From: a virus
Virus record (IMG/VR): IMGVR_UViG_3300025865_000006
Coordinates: 32,001 to 96,000 of that record
Direction: 5' to 3' (one strand)
DNA length: 64,000 nucleotides
Part shown: positions 19,085-30,138 of the stretch, piece by piece
Numbering within the stretch: the stretch's first letter is position 1
How the letters are laid out: each line of letters starts with the position of its first letter
The notes under the pieces: generated by a model
What the model saw: only the letters and a program-made list of their open reading frames with translations
Databases searched by the model: none
What the model was told of the DNA's origin: nothing
Position numbers and translations under genes: made by a program

Positions 19085-19713
19085 CGTACACGCGCATTGT
19101 ATTCGTTGGAAAGCGTAAGCAGACCATAGTGTGGGCGTCTAATTACTTGTATCGTCGCCACAAATTAGCGCGGTGGAGATTACTAGACGGTGTTGGTCGT
19201 ATTTTGAATTTGATCTACGGTCATATCAGATACTATAAGTATCCGTGGGAGAAAAGGTTTAATGTTTACAACGCTTTATACAAACACGATCACGAAGTTT
19301 GGGTGCAGTATCTTGAACGAAGGCTTCGGAAACTTTATAGGGGGGTTACTGTTGACGATCCTCATTATAGCAATGAAGTTAACTACCTTGCTGACAAGTT
19401 AGGGTTTGTCGTAGTTCGAATAACAGTGGACACAGATAAGAAACCCGCTATCGGTAGGGCTTTATTGGATTCCGAACCGGGTACTGTTCTGTTGCAGGAG
19501 TACTATGGGGGAGAGAAGATAGCATACAAGGTAGACTATTCTATCTCTGTATCAGATCGTAAAGGATTATACATAGCGTTAGACGACCTTATGGAAAAGT
19601 TGAAGTTAAGGAATCTTAACATGTATAATACAAAGGAAGGTTCCCAAGAGGAATCGATTTTGGAGGTTATACATGAAGAAAACGGAGATAGCGTGGGCGG
19701 CGGGCTTCTTTGA
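19081..19713 (+). CDS. Degenerate dNMP-kinase paralogue
   Basis: Same layout (RIVFVG...VWV...VTVDDPHYSNE...GFVVVRI...DY), but the P-loop lacks GKS/T. Confidence 0.55.
   Translation: MTYTRIVFVGKRKQTIVWASNYLYRRHKLARWRLLDGVGRILNLIYGHIRYYKYPWEKRFNVYNALYKHDHEVWVQYLERRLRKLYRGVTVDDPHYSNEVNYLADKLGFVVVRITVDTDKKPAIGRALLDSEPGTVLLQEYYGGEKIAYKVDYSISVSDRKGLYIALDDLMEKLKLRNLNMYNTKEGSQEESILEVIHEENGDSVGGGLL
19600..19629 (+). promoter_or_regulatory. Internal promoter TTGAAG-N18-TATAAT with dyad GTTAAG-gaat-CTTAAC
   Basis: Consensus -10; palindrome overlapping the spacer; upstream of the second LAGLIDADG gene. Confidence 0.45.
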
Positions 19714-20077
19714 TGGAGAGGGCTGTATCTTAATCCGTAGCCACCACCACGAAAAGTACTATAGTTTAGAGATAAAGATAAGTCAAAAGAGGTTAGCACC
19801 CCTTACTTACTTCGCCAAACTATTTGGGAATGGGGGTAGTATATGGAGAAGTCCCTTAGGGGTATATCAATGGTCAGTTGAGGGCGCGAAGGCTGCCCGT
19901 ATTCTAACAATTATGTATCCATACTTTCAGATTAAGAAAGAAGAAGCAGACGTAGCATTTAAATTTAGAGAGGGTGTTCCTCCTTATCAACGATGGACGG
20001 ATAAGCAAAGACTTCTTTCGGCCTCCTTTAAACAGCAACTATCTGATATGAAAAAGGAGGCTTACGCAAATGGTTAA
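19673..20077 (+). CDS. Free-standing LAGLIDADG homing endonuclease
   Basis: AWAAGFFDGEGCI; RBS GGAGG. Confidence 0.9.
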   Translation: MKKTEIAWAAGFFDGEGCILIRSHHHEKYYSLEIKISQKRLAPLTYFAKLFGNGGSIWRSPLGVYQWSVEGAKAARILTIMYPYFQIKKEEADVAFKFREGVPPYQRWTDKQRLLSASFKQQLSDMKKEAYANG

Positions 20078-20543
20078 GAAAAGATCGGCGCATCTTACCA
20101 GAGTTTTAATAGAGGGTATATCAAACTTTTCGCCGTTCAAGGGAGGCCGCTTATCGTATGTTAGAGAATATGATTCGCAGCCAATGATTCAAATTGATCT
20201 AGCGACGAAAATGGATATTGAAAGAGCCATAAAGATACTCTATAAACGCAGGGAATTAAGTAAGCAAGAGATACAAATGTTACGCTATGTAATGTCCGAT
20301 GGAAGATTAAGTAGAAGAGATATTTCTGCTATGATCGAGAAGGACGAGGGATTCTATGTTGACCAGCGAACAATTAGTCGAAGGCTTGAATCTGCTTACC
20401 TTAAAATATCAAGGTTCCTTGGCTTCGACTATAGCGATGGTAGAGTCTTTAAGATGGTTGCAAGAAAATTGGGGTATCCCCCACCCTACGTGTTATCTGA
20501 TGAAGAAATTGAAAAGTATCAGACTATCATGGAGCGGGTTTAA
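20070..20543 (+). CDS. Sigma-factor region 4-like HTH transcription regulator
   Basis: DIERAI..L...LSRRDIS...QRTISRRLESAYLKI. Confidence 0.55.
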   Translation: MVKKRSAHLTRVLIEGISNFSPFKGGRLSYVREYDSQPMIQIDLATKMDIERAIKILYKRRELSKQEIQMLRYVMSDGRLSRRDISAMIEKDEGFYVDQRTISRRLESAYLKISRFLGFDYSDGRVFKMVARKLGYPPPYVLSDEEIEKYQTIMERV

Positions 20544-20836
20544 TGGTTAGTAAATTTACATACTCTCCCGCAGCACAGAAGGAGTTTAAAGTGTTGGGTG
20601 GTGTAAGACCATCGGGTGCCAATGCTAGAGCGCAAGAGGCCCTAGAGAGTGCGCGTAAGCCAAGAGGTAGACCGCGTAAAGTCGTAATAGAAGTCCCACG
20701 GAATGGTAGTTTAGAGTTTGAAGTATCAAACATGCTATCTCATTTTTGTGGTATACCCGGATGCGGGCCTAAGTTTCATCTAGATGACGCATCAAGAGTA
20801 ATAGAGTTAGTAAGAAAAAAACTGGAAGGTGATTAA
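20543..20836 (+). CDS. AT-hook-containing protein
   Basis: RKPRGRPRK. Confidence 0.5.
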   Translation: MVSKFTYSPAAQKEFKVLGGVRPSGANARAQEALESARKPRGRPRKVVIEVPRNGSLEFEVSNMLSHFCGIPGCGPKFHLDDASRVIELVRKKLEGD

Positions 20837-21050
20837 AATTAGCCGCTGCGTCGTTTGTGAAAGGCCAACATCAGGATCATTAGAATTCTGTAAGAATCAT
20901 TACAATGAGTTCAAAGAAGAAATTTTAGACAAGAAGCCTTGGGTTAAGGCCCTAAAAAATGAGGCTCAAAGAGAGCGTAGACGTAGAGATAAAGAATACA
21001 GCGATGTATCTCTCGATGCTATGCTTGAAAGCCAAACAAATAATTATTAG
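20829..21050 (+). CDS. Small Zn-finger protein
   Basis: CVVC...FCKNH. Confidence 0.5.
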   Translation: MIKISRCVVCERPTSGSLEFCKNHYNEFKEEILDKKPWVKALKNEAQRERRRRDKEYSDVSLDAMLESQTNNY

Positions 21051-21153
21051 TTATGACAAATAACTTAAAGAAATATAAAACTAAAGTCAAACAAAAGGCT
21101 CTTAGAAATCATAAGGATTATAAGAGAGAGCTAAGAACTAAGAAGGATGAGTT

Positions 21154-21915
21154 ATGTCAAAATGGACAGAGAAGGAGTTAGCCGCTCTAGATGAAGTAGA
21201 AGATGCCAGTATGGCGTCCTATCATAGATTTGGCGCACTAACAGATTACAGCAAGCCTTATAATGCTTTCGAAGTAAAGCGTAGACGAGTAGTTGGGGAG
21301 TCCCCTGCTAATATAAAAGCATCCGCATATGCTATTTCCCCTGAACAACTAGCACCCGTATTCTATAATGCTAGTTTTGGTAGCTTACAAACCTTTGTAG
21401 GATTAACAATGGGCTATTGGGATTTAGAGACAACGTTTTCTAATCAGCCCCTCGTTCTATGTGGGGCGATTGCTAACCAATTTGGGGATGTACAACAGTT
21501 TTCTAAAGGTAAGGATATAACTGACGATAAAAAGTTAGTGCATGATATAGCTGCCGCTTTGGGAGAGTATGATGTTTGGGTTACTTGGAATGGGAAGCTC
21601 TTTGACGTACCTGTGTTGAATGGTAGGCTCCGTTATCATGGGTTGCAGCCTCTTCCATTAGTAAAGCATATCGATGCTATGTACTATGCTACTGGCGGAT
21701 CGATGAGAATAGGGCGCAGATCGTTACAGTCGGTAAGTGAATACTTTGATGTACCCAACAGAAAGACTCCATTGACCGTTCGTAATTGGGACAAGGCAAT
21801 GAGCGGGGATAAAGAAGCTTATAACTTAATTTTAGAGCATAATTATGCAGACGTGCTTGTAACACGCGATGTATTTAATGTACTAAAAACACAAGTCGCA
21901 AACATACATAGGTAG
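21154..21915 (+). CDS. RNase H-like DEDD 3'-5' exonuclease (YprB-like)
   Basis: WDLET; TWNGKLFDVP; HIDAM; HNYADV. Confidence 0.85.
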   Translation: MSKWTEKELAALDEVEDASMASYHRFGALTDYSKPYNAFEVKRRRVVGESPANIKASAYAISPEQLAPVFYNASFGSLQTFVGLTMGYWDLETTFSNQPLVLCGAIANQFGDVQQFSKGKDITDDKKLVHDIAAALGEYDVWVTWNGKLFDVPVLNGRLRYHGLQPLPLVKHIDAMYYATGGSMRIGRRSLQSVSEYFDVPNRKTPLTVRNWDKAMSGDKEAYNLILEHNYADVLVTRDVFNVLKTQVANIHR

Positions 21916-21920
21916 ATTAT

Positions 21921-22262
21921 ATGGAAATAGGAATAGCTATCATAGTTGTATTGGTTGTTATACTGCTTGGTGTACTCCTGGTGGAGACAAAAGAATACAG
22001 CGAGCATAAGAAAATAGTTGTGCGTTATAATGAAGCAAATTTGCAGTTTATTGCGGCCTTTGAAACTGTCAAGGGCGCAATAAATCACAACGCTGATATC
22101 CAGAAGGATGTATTGGAAAAAGTAATGGTCCTAGAGAAGGCGATGGAAGTAGTGTTCACAATACTGGACCTACACGACAAAGCACTAGGACAGAAAGTAG
22201 CAACTAATCTGAAACGGATGTTAGATGAACCGTTTCTACCGCTTAAAAAGCTAGAAGATTAA
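21921..22262 (+). CDS. Membrane-anchored coiled-coil protein
   Basis: N-terminal hydrophobic helix. Confidence 0.55.
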   Translation: MEIGIAIIVVLVVILLGVLLVETKEYSEHKKIVVRYNEANLQFIAAFETVKGAINHNADIQKDVLEKVMVLEKAMEVVFTILDLHDKALGQKVATNLKRMLDEPFLPLKKLED

Positions 22263-22300
22263 AAAAAGAGAGCCGGGATCAAAACCCCGGCTCTCTTTCT
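22261..22300. terminator. Bidirectional intrinsic terminator
   Basis: 13-bp stem AAAGAGAGCCGGG/CCCGGCTCTCTTT with A- and T-rich flanks, at the convergence of two operons. Confidence 0.9.
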
Positions 22301-22302
22301 GT

Positions 22303-24314
22303 TTACCTGTATTGCTCAATCCAGTCTTTTACTTTCTCGGGTGATCCCCAACATCCCTGAGGGGCTTCATTGAAAAGCCATTCAGCCCATACATACATGT
22401 TTGCTTTATTAGTCCGGTCGGCTCTGCCGAATGCCTCTACTAGTTGATTACAGAGAACTGCATAAAGAAAGTCTCCGGGGGCTCTTCCCAATTCAATATA
22501 TTCCCGTGCAGCACTCTGCATATGTTCGGGAAGGTTGCTATAATTAATATCTGTGCCCATTACTCAACCTCAAATTGTTCCATGACTTTTTGCAGCAACT
22601 CATCATAGTTTCCGGCTGTTGCCTCAACAAAGAAATCATCCCTTATGTCTTTGTCTACTCCTGCCCTCTTCATGGCTCTATCACAGATGCCAAGGATGGA
22701 GAAGGCATTGCCGTTGGCCCCTACAATTTTAACCTTAATCCTTTCTCCATTTCTATCCAGTATTGGCTCCATTGTCATCCTCCTTGTTTAGGACTTCCTT
22801 ATAAAACACTACCATGCCATGAAGAAAATCCTCATAACAACCTGCTAGGTGAAAGTAAAGCGGACGCTGTAGAGCAGCAGCTACGATAATGTACTTCTCG
22901 TTTTCCTCTCTAATAATGGAGGTACTACAATGGTAACAAACCACTGTCAGGTCGGACTCCATTGATGGGGGTGTTGCAAAATAGATTTGGTACTTGTTGT
23001 AGTCACGATCCCCGCCATAATTATACACTACGCCTCCTGCGTTTTATGCGGCTTGGGCTTCCGGCTCATGCGTCGGCAGTTGCAGCGTTCACCCATCCAG
23101 ATAACGGAGCACGATCCGGTGGCACCGGACGGGTGCCACCAATGCCCACAGTTGGGGCAGCTTATTAGGTTGCGCGAGTCCATCGGATCAATCCTCCTGC
23201 GTGTCCATCATGCGGCGGCCCCGCAGCCCTGCCCAAATCTCTGCAAAAGAATCTGGATTGCCTAGATCAATGTTGAAGTGACCGTTATCTCCATTGTCAC
23301 CATCGCTCTCATTAATACCAAGATAGATATCATGGCTGATCCGATGCTTATCATTCGTTACAGCCCAATACTTATCTACATTGAAGAGAAAGTCACAGGT
23401 AACTGTTCGAGGTTCAAGTCTATCAAGAGGCTCATAACCATAGTCTCCGCTCGCAGCAATCTCATCAGTCAAATCCTTGGCATAGTTGATCCCTGCCTCT
23501 ACAAAATCTGTACCGCCCCAATGACTAAAGATCACTGGGGCATCAAAATCATTTTCCTTGCTGTTAGTAAATCGAATGCTAACCCTGTCACCCATTATAC
23601 TGCCTTCCGTACTTAATTCGCCAAGGACAGTAAGTTAGATGGTAAAACCACCACCCACTCTTAGTGTCACAAATACAATCCTTCATTCTTTAAACCATTC
23701 CGTATCATCTTCTAGATCGTCCAAAAACTCTGGATCACAAGCCCCTACCATATAGGGCTGTCCCTCAGTTTCCTCCCCCTCTTCACCTGTTTCTAGATAG
23801 GTATTATAAAATTGCTTAGCTTCTTCTAGACTTTCAGCTTGAATTAGATATCGTCGATGCCAACGCTCTGCTTGGCTAACCTTAAAGAGTGGCATTTAAT
23901 CCTCTTTCAGAGTAATTTCCCAAATTCCTGCGCCCAAGTGCTTACCAACAATAAGCCACATGGCTCCACAGGCCAGTATTCTTCCTTGTTCAGCCAGCAT
24001 TACCTTACGATAGGTTTTAATGTCAACGACGGCTCGATAATATCGGGGCAGTCTAAAAGCGTTATCAGGTAATCGTCCATCAACAATATCAATTTGAGCC
24101 ATACTTACTCACTCTCTTTCTCAAACTCAAAGCGATGAAGCTCTTTTCCGTCACGATACACCGTGACATATCCTGATCCATCCCTATGAATGGTTGCGGT
24201 TGTAAACGTTCTCCATGTATTAGCCTGTGCTTCGGCCCATTCAGAACCTAGTCTATGAGTTTCCTTGATGCGGGAGCTATCGTATCCGATAGCCTTAGCG
24301 ATTGTTGCTGCCAT
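22303..24314 (-). other. Run of small hypothetical CDSs (22303-22560, 22560-~22750, 22753-23028, 23188-23595, 23683-23895, 23896-24102, 24105-24314)
   Basis: Head-to-tail packing with overlapping start/stop codons. Confidence 0.65.
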
Positions 24315-25231
24315 TAGATTTCTCCTAACTTAACTCGTCCTCTACCTGTCCTATCAATCAAGCCTGTTTGCATGAGATAGGGTTCGATTTCTGTTTCGAT
24401 TGTAACTACGTCCATGCTGGTGACTGCTGAGATATACTGAATACCAACAGGTCTATCGTCAGGCATGGCCGCAAGATATTGCTTATCCCTATCAGTAAAT
24501 CCAAGCTTGTCAACCCCAAGCCTGTAGAATACGCTATCAGTAACATACTTGTTGATTACTCTGGTAGAGGTTACTGCCATATAATCAAAGACTGTGGCAA
24601 GATACATCAATCCAGTTCTTGGATTGAACCTACTGCGTGCTGCAATTCCTGTCAACTCATCATTAGGCTCGTAGCCCTTGCGTCTTGTAGTGTAGGCTAG
24701 GATAGTTGCAATATCACTTACACTGTACGGAGTTAAATTCACAGCCCTAAATCTACTTCGAAATGCCGATGATAGAAGCCCCGGATTTGTTGTGCATCCA
24801 ATGATGCTTAGTTTGCCACTGTCAATTACAAGGTTCAAACTATCGGCTGTCTCAGGATTTAGGTTGTGAATTTCGTCTACGATGATCGTGCCTTTAGTCG
24901 GAGTGGCACGGTTGACCGCCGCTGCGTCAAACAGGGCACCAGAGCCATTGTAGGCCGTCAGGGCGAGCCGCGCAAGGGTGGTCTTGCCCGTGCCGTACGG
25001 CCCTGTTATCATAATGTTGGGGAGAAGACGATGTTCAATCTTAGCCGCATCAATAATGATACGAATAATATCTTTCGCATTCTCTTGGCCAACATAATCC
25101 CCAAAGGTTTGGGGGGCAAAGATATCTGTAATTGGTTCTACATAACGTACCTTGTGTTGTACTGCGCTTTTATTTAGATTGCTGAGATACCTGTCTCGGA
25201 ATGTCATTGACCGGGCAACCTTTCTGCCCAC
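24314..25231 (-). CDS. ruvB: Holliday junction branch-migration ATPase RuvB-like
   Basis: PQTFGDYVGQ; GPYGTGKTTLA; VDEIH; GCTT.PGLLS..FRSRF; EPYLMQTGLIDRTGRGR. Confidence 0.9.
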   Translation of the reverse strand: MGRKVARSMTFRDRYLSNLNKSAVQHKVRYVEPITDIFAPQTFGDYVGQENAKDIIRIIIDAAKIEHRLLPNIMITGPYGTGKTTLARLALTAYNGSGALFDAAAVNRATPTKGTIIVDEIHNLNPETADSLNLVIDSGKLSIIGCTTNPGLLSSAFRSRFRAVNLTPYSVSDIATILAYTTRRKGYEPNDELTGIAARSRFNPRTGLMYLATVFDYMAVTSTRVINKYVTDSVFYRLGVDKLGFTDRDKQYLAAMPDDRPVGIQYISAVTSMDVVTIETEIEPYLMQTGLIDRTGRGRVKLGEI

Positions 25232-25960
25232 AATTAACAGTTTTGCAAAACGTATGTGGGTTTGCTTCTAGGTGACGTTGATTATGTCTATCCATTGGTT
25301 CTTTAACCCACTTAAAACAGGTGGGACATGGTTGCCCACTCATACTTCACTCTTTCTTAGATGCCGTGTCTAAACTTTGATTGTTGCATAGCTTAATGTG
25401 CCAGAGCCATCCGTCAAGTGACCATCGCTTTGAGTAGCCACACTTGGGACAAACTAAGTCTTTCGACTTCCTACTCATACCTCACTCTTCTTCTTTACTG
25501 GCTCAATGAAATCGTGTTCCTTAACACAAACTTCATGAAAGGACTCCAAATCAGGCACACTTACAATGGTTCCCCCATCCTTAGGGCATTGCTTAATAAC
25601 CCAACCATATTTATGACCTCTAAATGCAGAAGAAACTGCAACTTCTACAAAAGTTCCGTTCTTAATTGTCATTTGATTATAATCTTTGTCGCTTCGGAGG
25701 GGGGAACATGAACAAAGAAGCCTTGAAGTTGTAGCTGCTCACAAATCTCGTTAATATCACCGTCCTCACCCCAACCAATATAGAATGCCCCTCCAAACGG
25801 AAACATCCCATCGATAAGATGCTCTGTATCCTGAGTAACATAGTAAACGTACTTATTGGTATGAAATTCGGATGTAGAGCAGGTATTACAATCCCCTGTC
25901 GTATTGACTTCGTAACCCTTACTCTTTAGGGTAGCGAAAGCAAGATCGACTCGGGCAAGA

Positions 25961-26410
25961 TCAGACAACTGCATTTTCGGCATCCCTCTTTTCCTTTCGC
26001 AGAATTTTGAATGCGTGCTGCCTTGCCTCTCTAATATACTTATCGCAAAAAGCGCGTGAATGGTAAGTGTTTTCCGGTTCGGCCCACTTTACTTTGCAGA
26101 TAAAGCGCATCTCTTCCGCAGCAAGCTTATCACTATACCGCTGACTAAGAGTTTCCCCACGAGTCTGAACAATCCAAGTCTCGCTGCCGGGCGATCCCCA
26201 CATAAGGAAATCTTCGATATTAGTTACATGGTATCCCCTCACACACATCATTAAAGGTAGCTTTACTGCCGGAAGCCAAGGACCGGGCTCATTCCTACTG
26301 CCAAGCCAGCCCTCATATTTAAAGAACGAATATGGGCCTATATGCTTTCCGGCCCAAGTCGAAGCGAGAACCTTAACGTACAGATTGCAATCATCTTTGC
26401 GCATTTTCAT
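25961..26410 (-). CDS. Hypothetical phage protein (C..G[YW]H family; paralogue of 48412)
   Basis: LMMCVRGYHV...WIVQTRG...KLAAEEMRF. Confidence 0.6.
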   Translation of the reverse strand: MKMRKDDCNLYVKVLASTWAGKHIGPYSFFKYEGWLGSRNEPGPWLPAVKLPLMMCVRGYHVTNIEDFLMWGSPGSETWIVQTRGETLSQRYSDKLAAEEMRFICKVKWAEPENTYHSRAFCDKYIREARQHAFKILRKEKRDAENAVV

Positions 26411-27171
26411 TATCCTCTCAAAAGATTTCCATTACCGTGAGTACCACCAGCACCCATGCCCTGTTTGAAGGAAATTGTTTTGCCTGTTTCTTTTCCTGAA
26501 TTATACGCAGACCCGTACAAATTAAAGTTAGAGGAAGAGTTGCTTAGTCGTGGCCAAGTAGCCTTAACATATCGCTCAACTTCTTTATCGTTAAAGACGA
26601 TAACCGCGTTGATATTCTTATCCTCGCTTAGATTCTTCTTAGTCTCATTAAGGCGCTCCCCAATCGTATTGAGAGCACCATAATAGAAAGAATTCTTCCA
26701 AGTCTTGCCGTGGATATAACGCAGCGAGTAGTCTGTAAATAGACCTTGGCCGTACTTATCTTCAAGACTACGAAGCTTTAGAATGTCATTCCAACGCTTG
26801 GCACAGATATCTTCAAGGTCACGCGCCAAAGTTTCCCAAAGAAATTGCGCAACTTCAATATTACTTTTCTTTCCAATCCAAATAAGACTACGCCCGCTTG
26901 TTAGAATCCTACAGAGATTAGCACTAGAAACGCTGTTTGCAAGATCAACCTTCCAGTTAATCTTATTCTGTTGGAAGATTTCCTGATACTCGTGACTAAC
27001 CCGTTCTCGCTTTTCAAAGTCTGCCGAATCAATACGAGACATATCCAGATTATACTGGATGAGCAGCGCTTGCGCCTTTGCAGCCGCAGCAGCAGCCTCA
27101 TTCTCGTTGCTATTCTTCTTTGATAGCGCCAGAAGCTTCTTGATCTTTAGAATGATACTATCTTCAACCAT
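26410..27171 (-). CDS. DUF2786-domain protein
   Basis: KIKKLLALS...ENEAAAAAAKAQALL; SF..G; AY.SG..G. Confidence 0.85.
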   Translation of the reverse strand: MVEDSIILKIKKLLALSKKNSNENEAAAAAAKAQALLIQYNLDMSRIDSADFEKRERVSHEYQEIFQQNKINWKVDLANSVSSANLCRILTSGRSLIWIGKKSNIEVAQFLWETLARDLEDICAKRWNDILKLRSLEDKYGQGLFTDYSLRYIHGKTWKNSFYYGALNTIGERLNETKKNLSEDKNINAVIVFNDKEVERYVKATWPRLSNSSSNFNLYGSAYNSGKETGKTISFKQGMGAGGTHGNGNLLRG

Positions 27172-27275
27172 ATCCTAACTTTCCTTTCGTCCACGTTCGT
27201 ATCCTAGTGAGTAACAGTAGATGCCCACATTAAGGGACGTAAATAAAACCATGAGCAGGAGAAAAGTTCCGTCAC

Positions 27276-30048
27276 TCATTCAATTCTCTCAACACAGCCA
27301 CAATAATAGGTATCAACTTGCCTTCCCGGCATATACCGGAACATATTCAGGCTTAGGTTTGATTGAGTCTCGCCATGCCGAATTCCACCGGGCTGTTCAC
27401 CCACCCAACATGCAGCCATTCGACTGCGCAATGCTTTTAGCGGTACAATGGTTTTAGCCTCTTTACGAGACTCTGCATTGGCATAGGTAGCGGTATAACA
27501 CTTACCACAGACTGGCGATCTATTTCCTTCGGGGTCAGTATAATTTGAGTCAGAAACATGCCCGCAAGCCATAAGGCTGCGCAATGACAAAGTGTAATTA
27601 TCCATTTCTCCAAACCGATTTAGCTAATTTTTTGGGGGAGTAATTTTCCCTAGTTTTTCAATCTACCACAACAATTCTGCCAATTCGAATCCAATGACGA
27701 GTCATATCGTTTGCTTCTAGACGCATCGCCTCATAGTATTCTTTTTGAATCTCCCTCGGCACATCAGGCTCATCAATCATTCCAGCGATTTTTGCGCCAA
27801 TATACAATTCGTGATAATGCTCTTTTTCAGTCTCATTGGTAATTCGGGCACTTTCAGCATCATAGAAGTAGCCGCAATTATTACAGCGCCAAAGACCGTC
27901 CTCGATCATTGTAGCGCCCCATTCACCTTCGCATTTTACACAGCTAACGGTATATCTATCCATATCATCCTTTCCGCAAAGTACCCTCTGAAAAGTCCGC
28001 AAAATACCCCCTCGGACGCCCTGAGCGTATCACAAAACGTAGTGGGTGTCAAGACTTTTCATTTTCCGCTGATTTAAGGTGCCACAAGAGGTCGGCCAAA
28101 CCGATTTCGGTAAAACCGTCCTTCTGTAACTCAACAATTGTTGCCCTTACATCATTAAGGTTAACCCTAACAAGATTTAGAACTCTATAATTAGGATCAT
28201 TGGGATCAATTTCTGTCACTTTAAGTTTCTCCATATTTAGCCCAACGTTCTGCTTCCCATTCTGCTTCCCACTTATCCTCCCATGCTTGGGCTTCTGCAA
28301 GGGATTTGGGGGCACCCATAGTATAAATCCCTGTATACTTGTCATTATGCTCATGAGTCAATTGACGCCATGAATGCCAAAATGTAGGCTTAATCCCATC
28401 ATTGAGATAGCCAAAAGTAATCATTCCGTATCTAGGTTTACAGGTTGATACAATACCCTCTTCCATGACAGAGTGCCAAAATCTATAAACATAGCTTAGA
28501 ACCGGCCATTTCATCCACGGAATATGGTTATATAGAGAGAATGTGATTTTAAAAACTTTCATGCTGCGATCAGAGTTACGTCTAGCAGCAGGAGACATAG
28601 AATTACGCAGGCTATCCCAATTAAAGGGTGTATATCTGGTCCAGCCGCAAATGCCACACTCAATCTCTTCGGGCATATCTTTGGCACAAACATGCTCATT
28701 TATATAGCATTCCACACACACGTCTGGCGAAGGCTCACCTACATGGTCGTGTGTTGCTCTATTCGCATCTTCTTGTTCAATCTCATTCACGCTATTCTCC
28801 TAAATGCTCTAAAAGATTTTCAATTGCGGCTGCTGGTCCGCGTCTAAATTTTTCTGTGCCCATTCCATCAAACCCGTATATGCGAGGATTACTGGTACGA
28901 GAAGGATTTACTACCCATATTGTCCAGTTCCCTCCAATACTTCGACGTAAATTAATCTCCCACCCTTCTATTTTTCGGTGTAGCCTAATCTCTAAGAGAG
29001 CCATTGCTTCATCTAGACTCATGTTTATCACACAACGGTCCTATATAAATACCATTACTCATCAACCAATGAGCGTGTTTTCGCGCAATATGAAGATAAA
29101 ACTCTTTGGATGGGCAATCCTCCCATTTATGGGGATACTCCTTAGTTGCACAGCCTTTATGTAAGATTACCTGTGCATAGGTAATAAGATACGGAGTCAT
29201 ATAATCTTCTTGAAGGAGCGACGAATATTGATAAACACTTTAAACTCAATGGCGAAGAGATACTTAGGTTTATGGGAAGGGGCAGTTTCCAGCACCTTAA
29301 ATAGGAGCGGACCAAACCAAAGATAAGCTGCTCCAAAGGAGGGAGATTTTGTAACGTGTAGAGCAATCATTTTATATGCGGCCACGCCATGAGGGACATA
29401 ATCACTCCCCAAAACGCCCCACTAATAAGGCAAAAAATTTCATATGGCATAAATGGGGGATGGAAAATCGCCCCTAATAGACCAACTATAGCTGGCCAAA
29501 TAAGGAAAACTGCCACTCTCTTAATTGCTACTTTCACAGTTGCCCTGCCATTTCAAACTTACAGATACAATGATCAAGACAGTTTCCACAATTAGTGCAG
29601 TGGTCACTGGTGTAGTAAGTAATATATGCCCTATTACAGTCATCGCACTGACCAACATACTCCATATCATAATGCTCTTTATTGTCTCCATATTCATCGG
29701 AGACAAAGAGAATAGAGGCACCAGCATTCCTACTGGTTGCATCGTCAAGCATTCCCCATGCTTGCTTTGCAGCATCTAGACTGTTTTCTGCTTCCACAAT
29801 AACAGACCACTCAACACAAAATGTAGTTTCCATTAATCATCTTCCCCATTAAATTCTTCTGGACCAAAATACTCATCTAGATGCGTCTGGCAGAAAATCT
29901 CTTTCCTAAATTTCCCTCTTTTACAGTCCTTTTCCTCACATAGCGGTTCGTCACATCTACACGTACCATTAGCTCGGTAGTGGGACGGAAGAAGGATTAC
30001 CATAGGGCATCTCATAATGTCTTTAATGTTAATAATCTTGATTTCCAT
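27276..30048 (-). other. Run of small hypothetical CDSs (27276-27605, 27658-28002, 28049-~28233, 28221-28790, 28792-29031, 29197-29412, 29534-29833, 29833-30048)
   Basis: Consecutive minus-strand ORFs, several with CxxC motifs. Confidence 0.6.
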
Positions 30049-30070
30049 TTTTTCTCCTTTTTGGGTAAAT

Positions 30071-30102
30071 AAAAAGGGCCGAAAACTCTTCCGGCCCTCT
30101 TT
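30071..30102 (-). terminator. Intrinsic terminator after the 30139-30708 gene
   Basis: AGGGCCG/CGGCCCT stem followed by a U-tract on the minus strand. Confidence 0.7.
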
Positions 30103-30138
30103 ACTTTGTAAGTGGGAATACCGTGGAATTGTTGGAAA

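Noticed and set aside
15835-20077. LAGLIDADG genes as intron- or intein-encoded
   Set aside because: Both lie between intact, closely packed ORFs with no room for intron RNA structure, so they are treated as free-standing.
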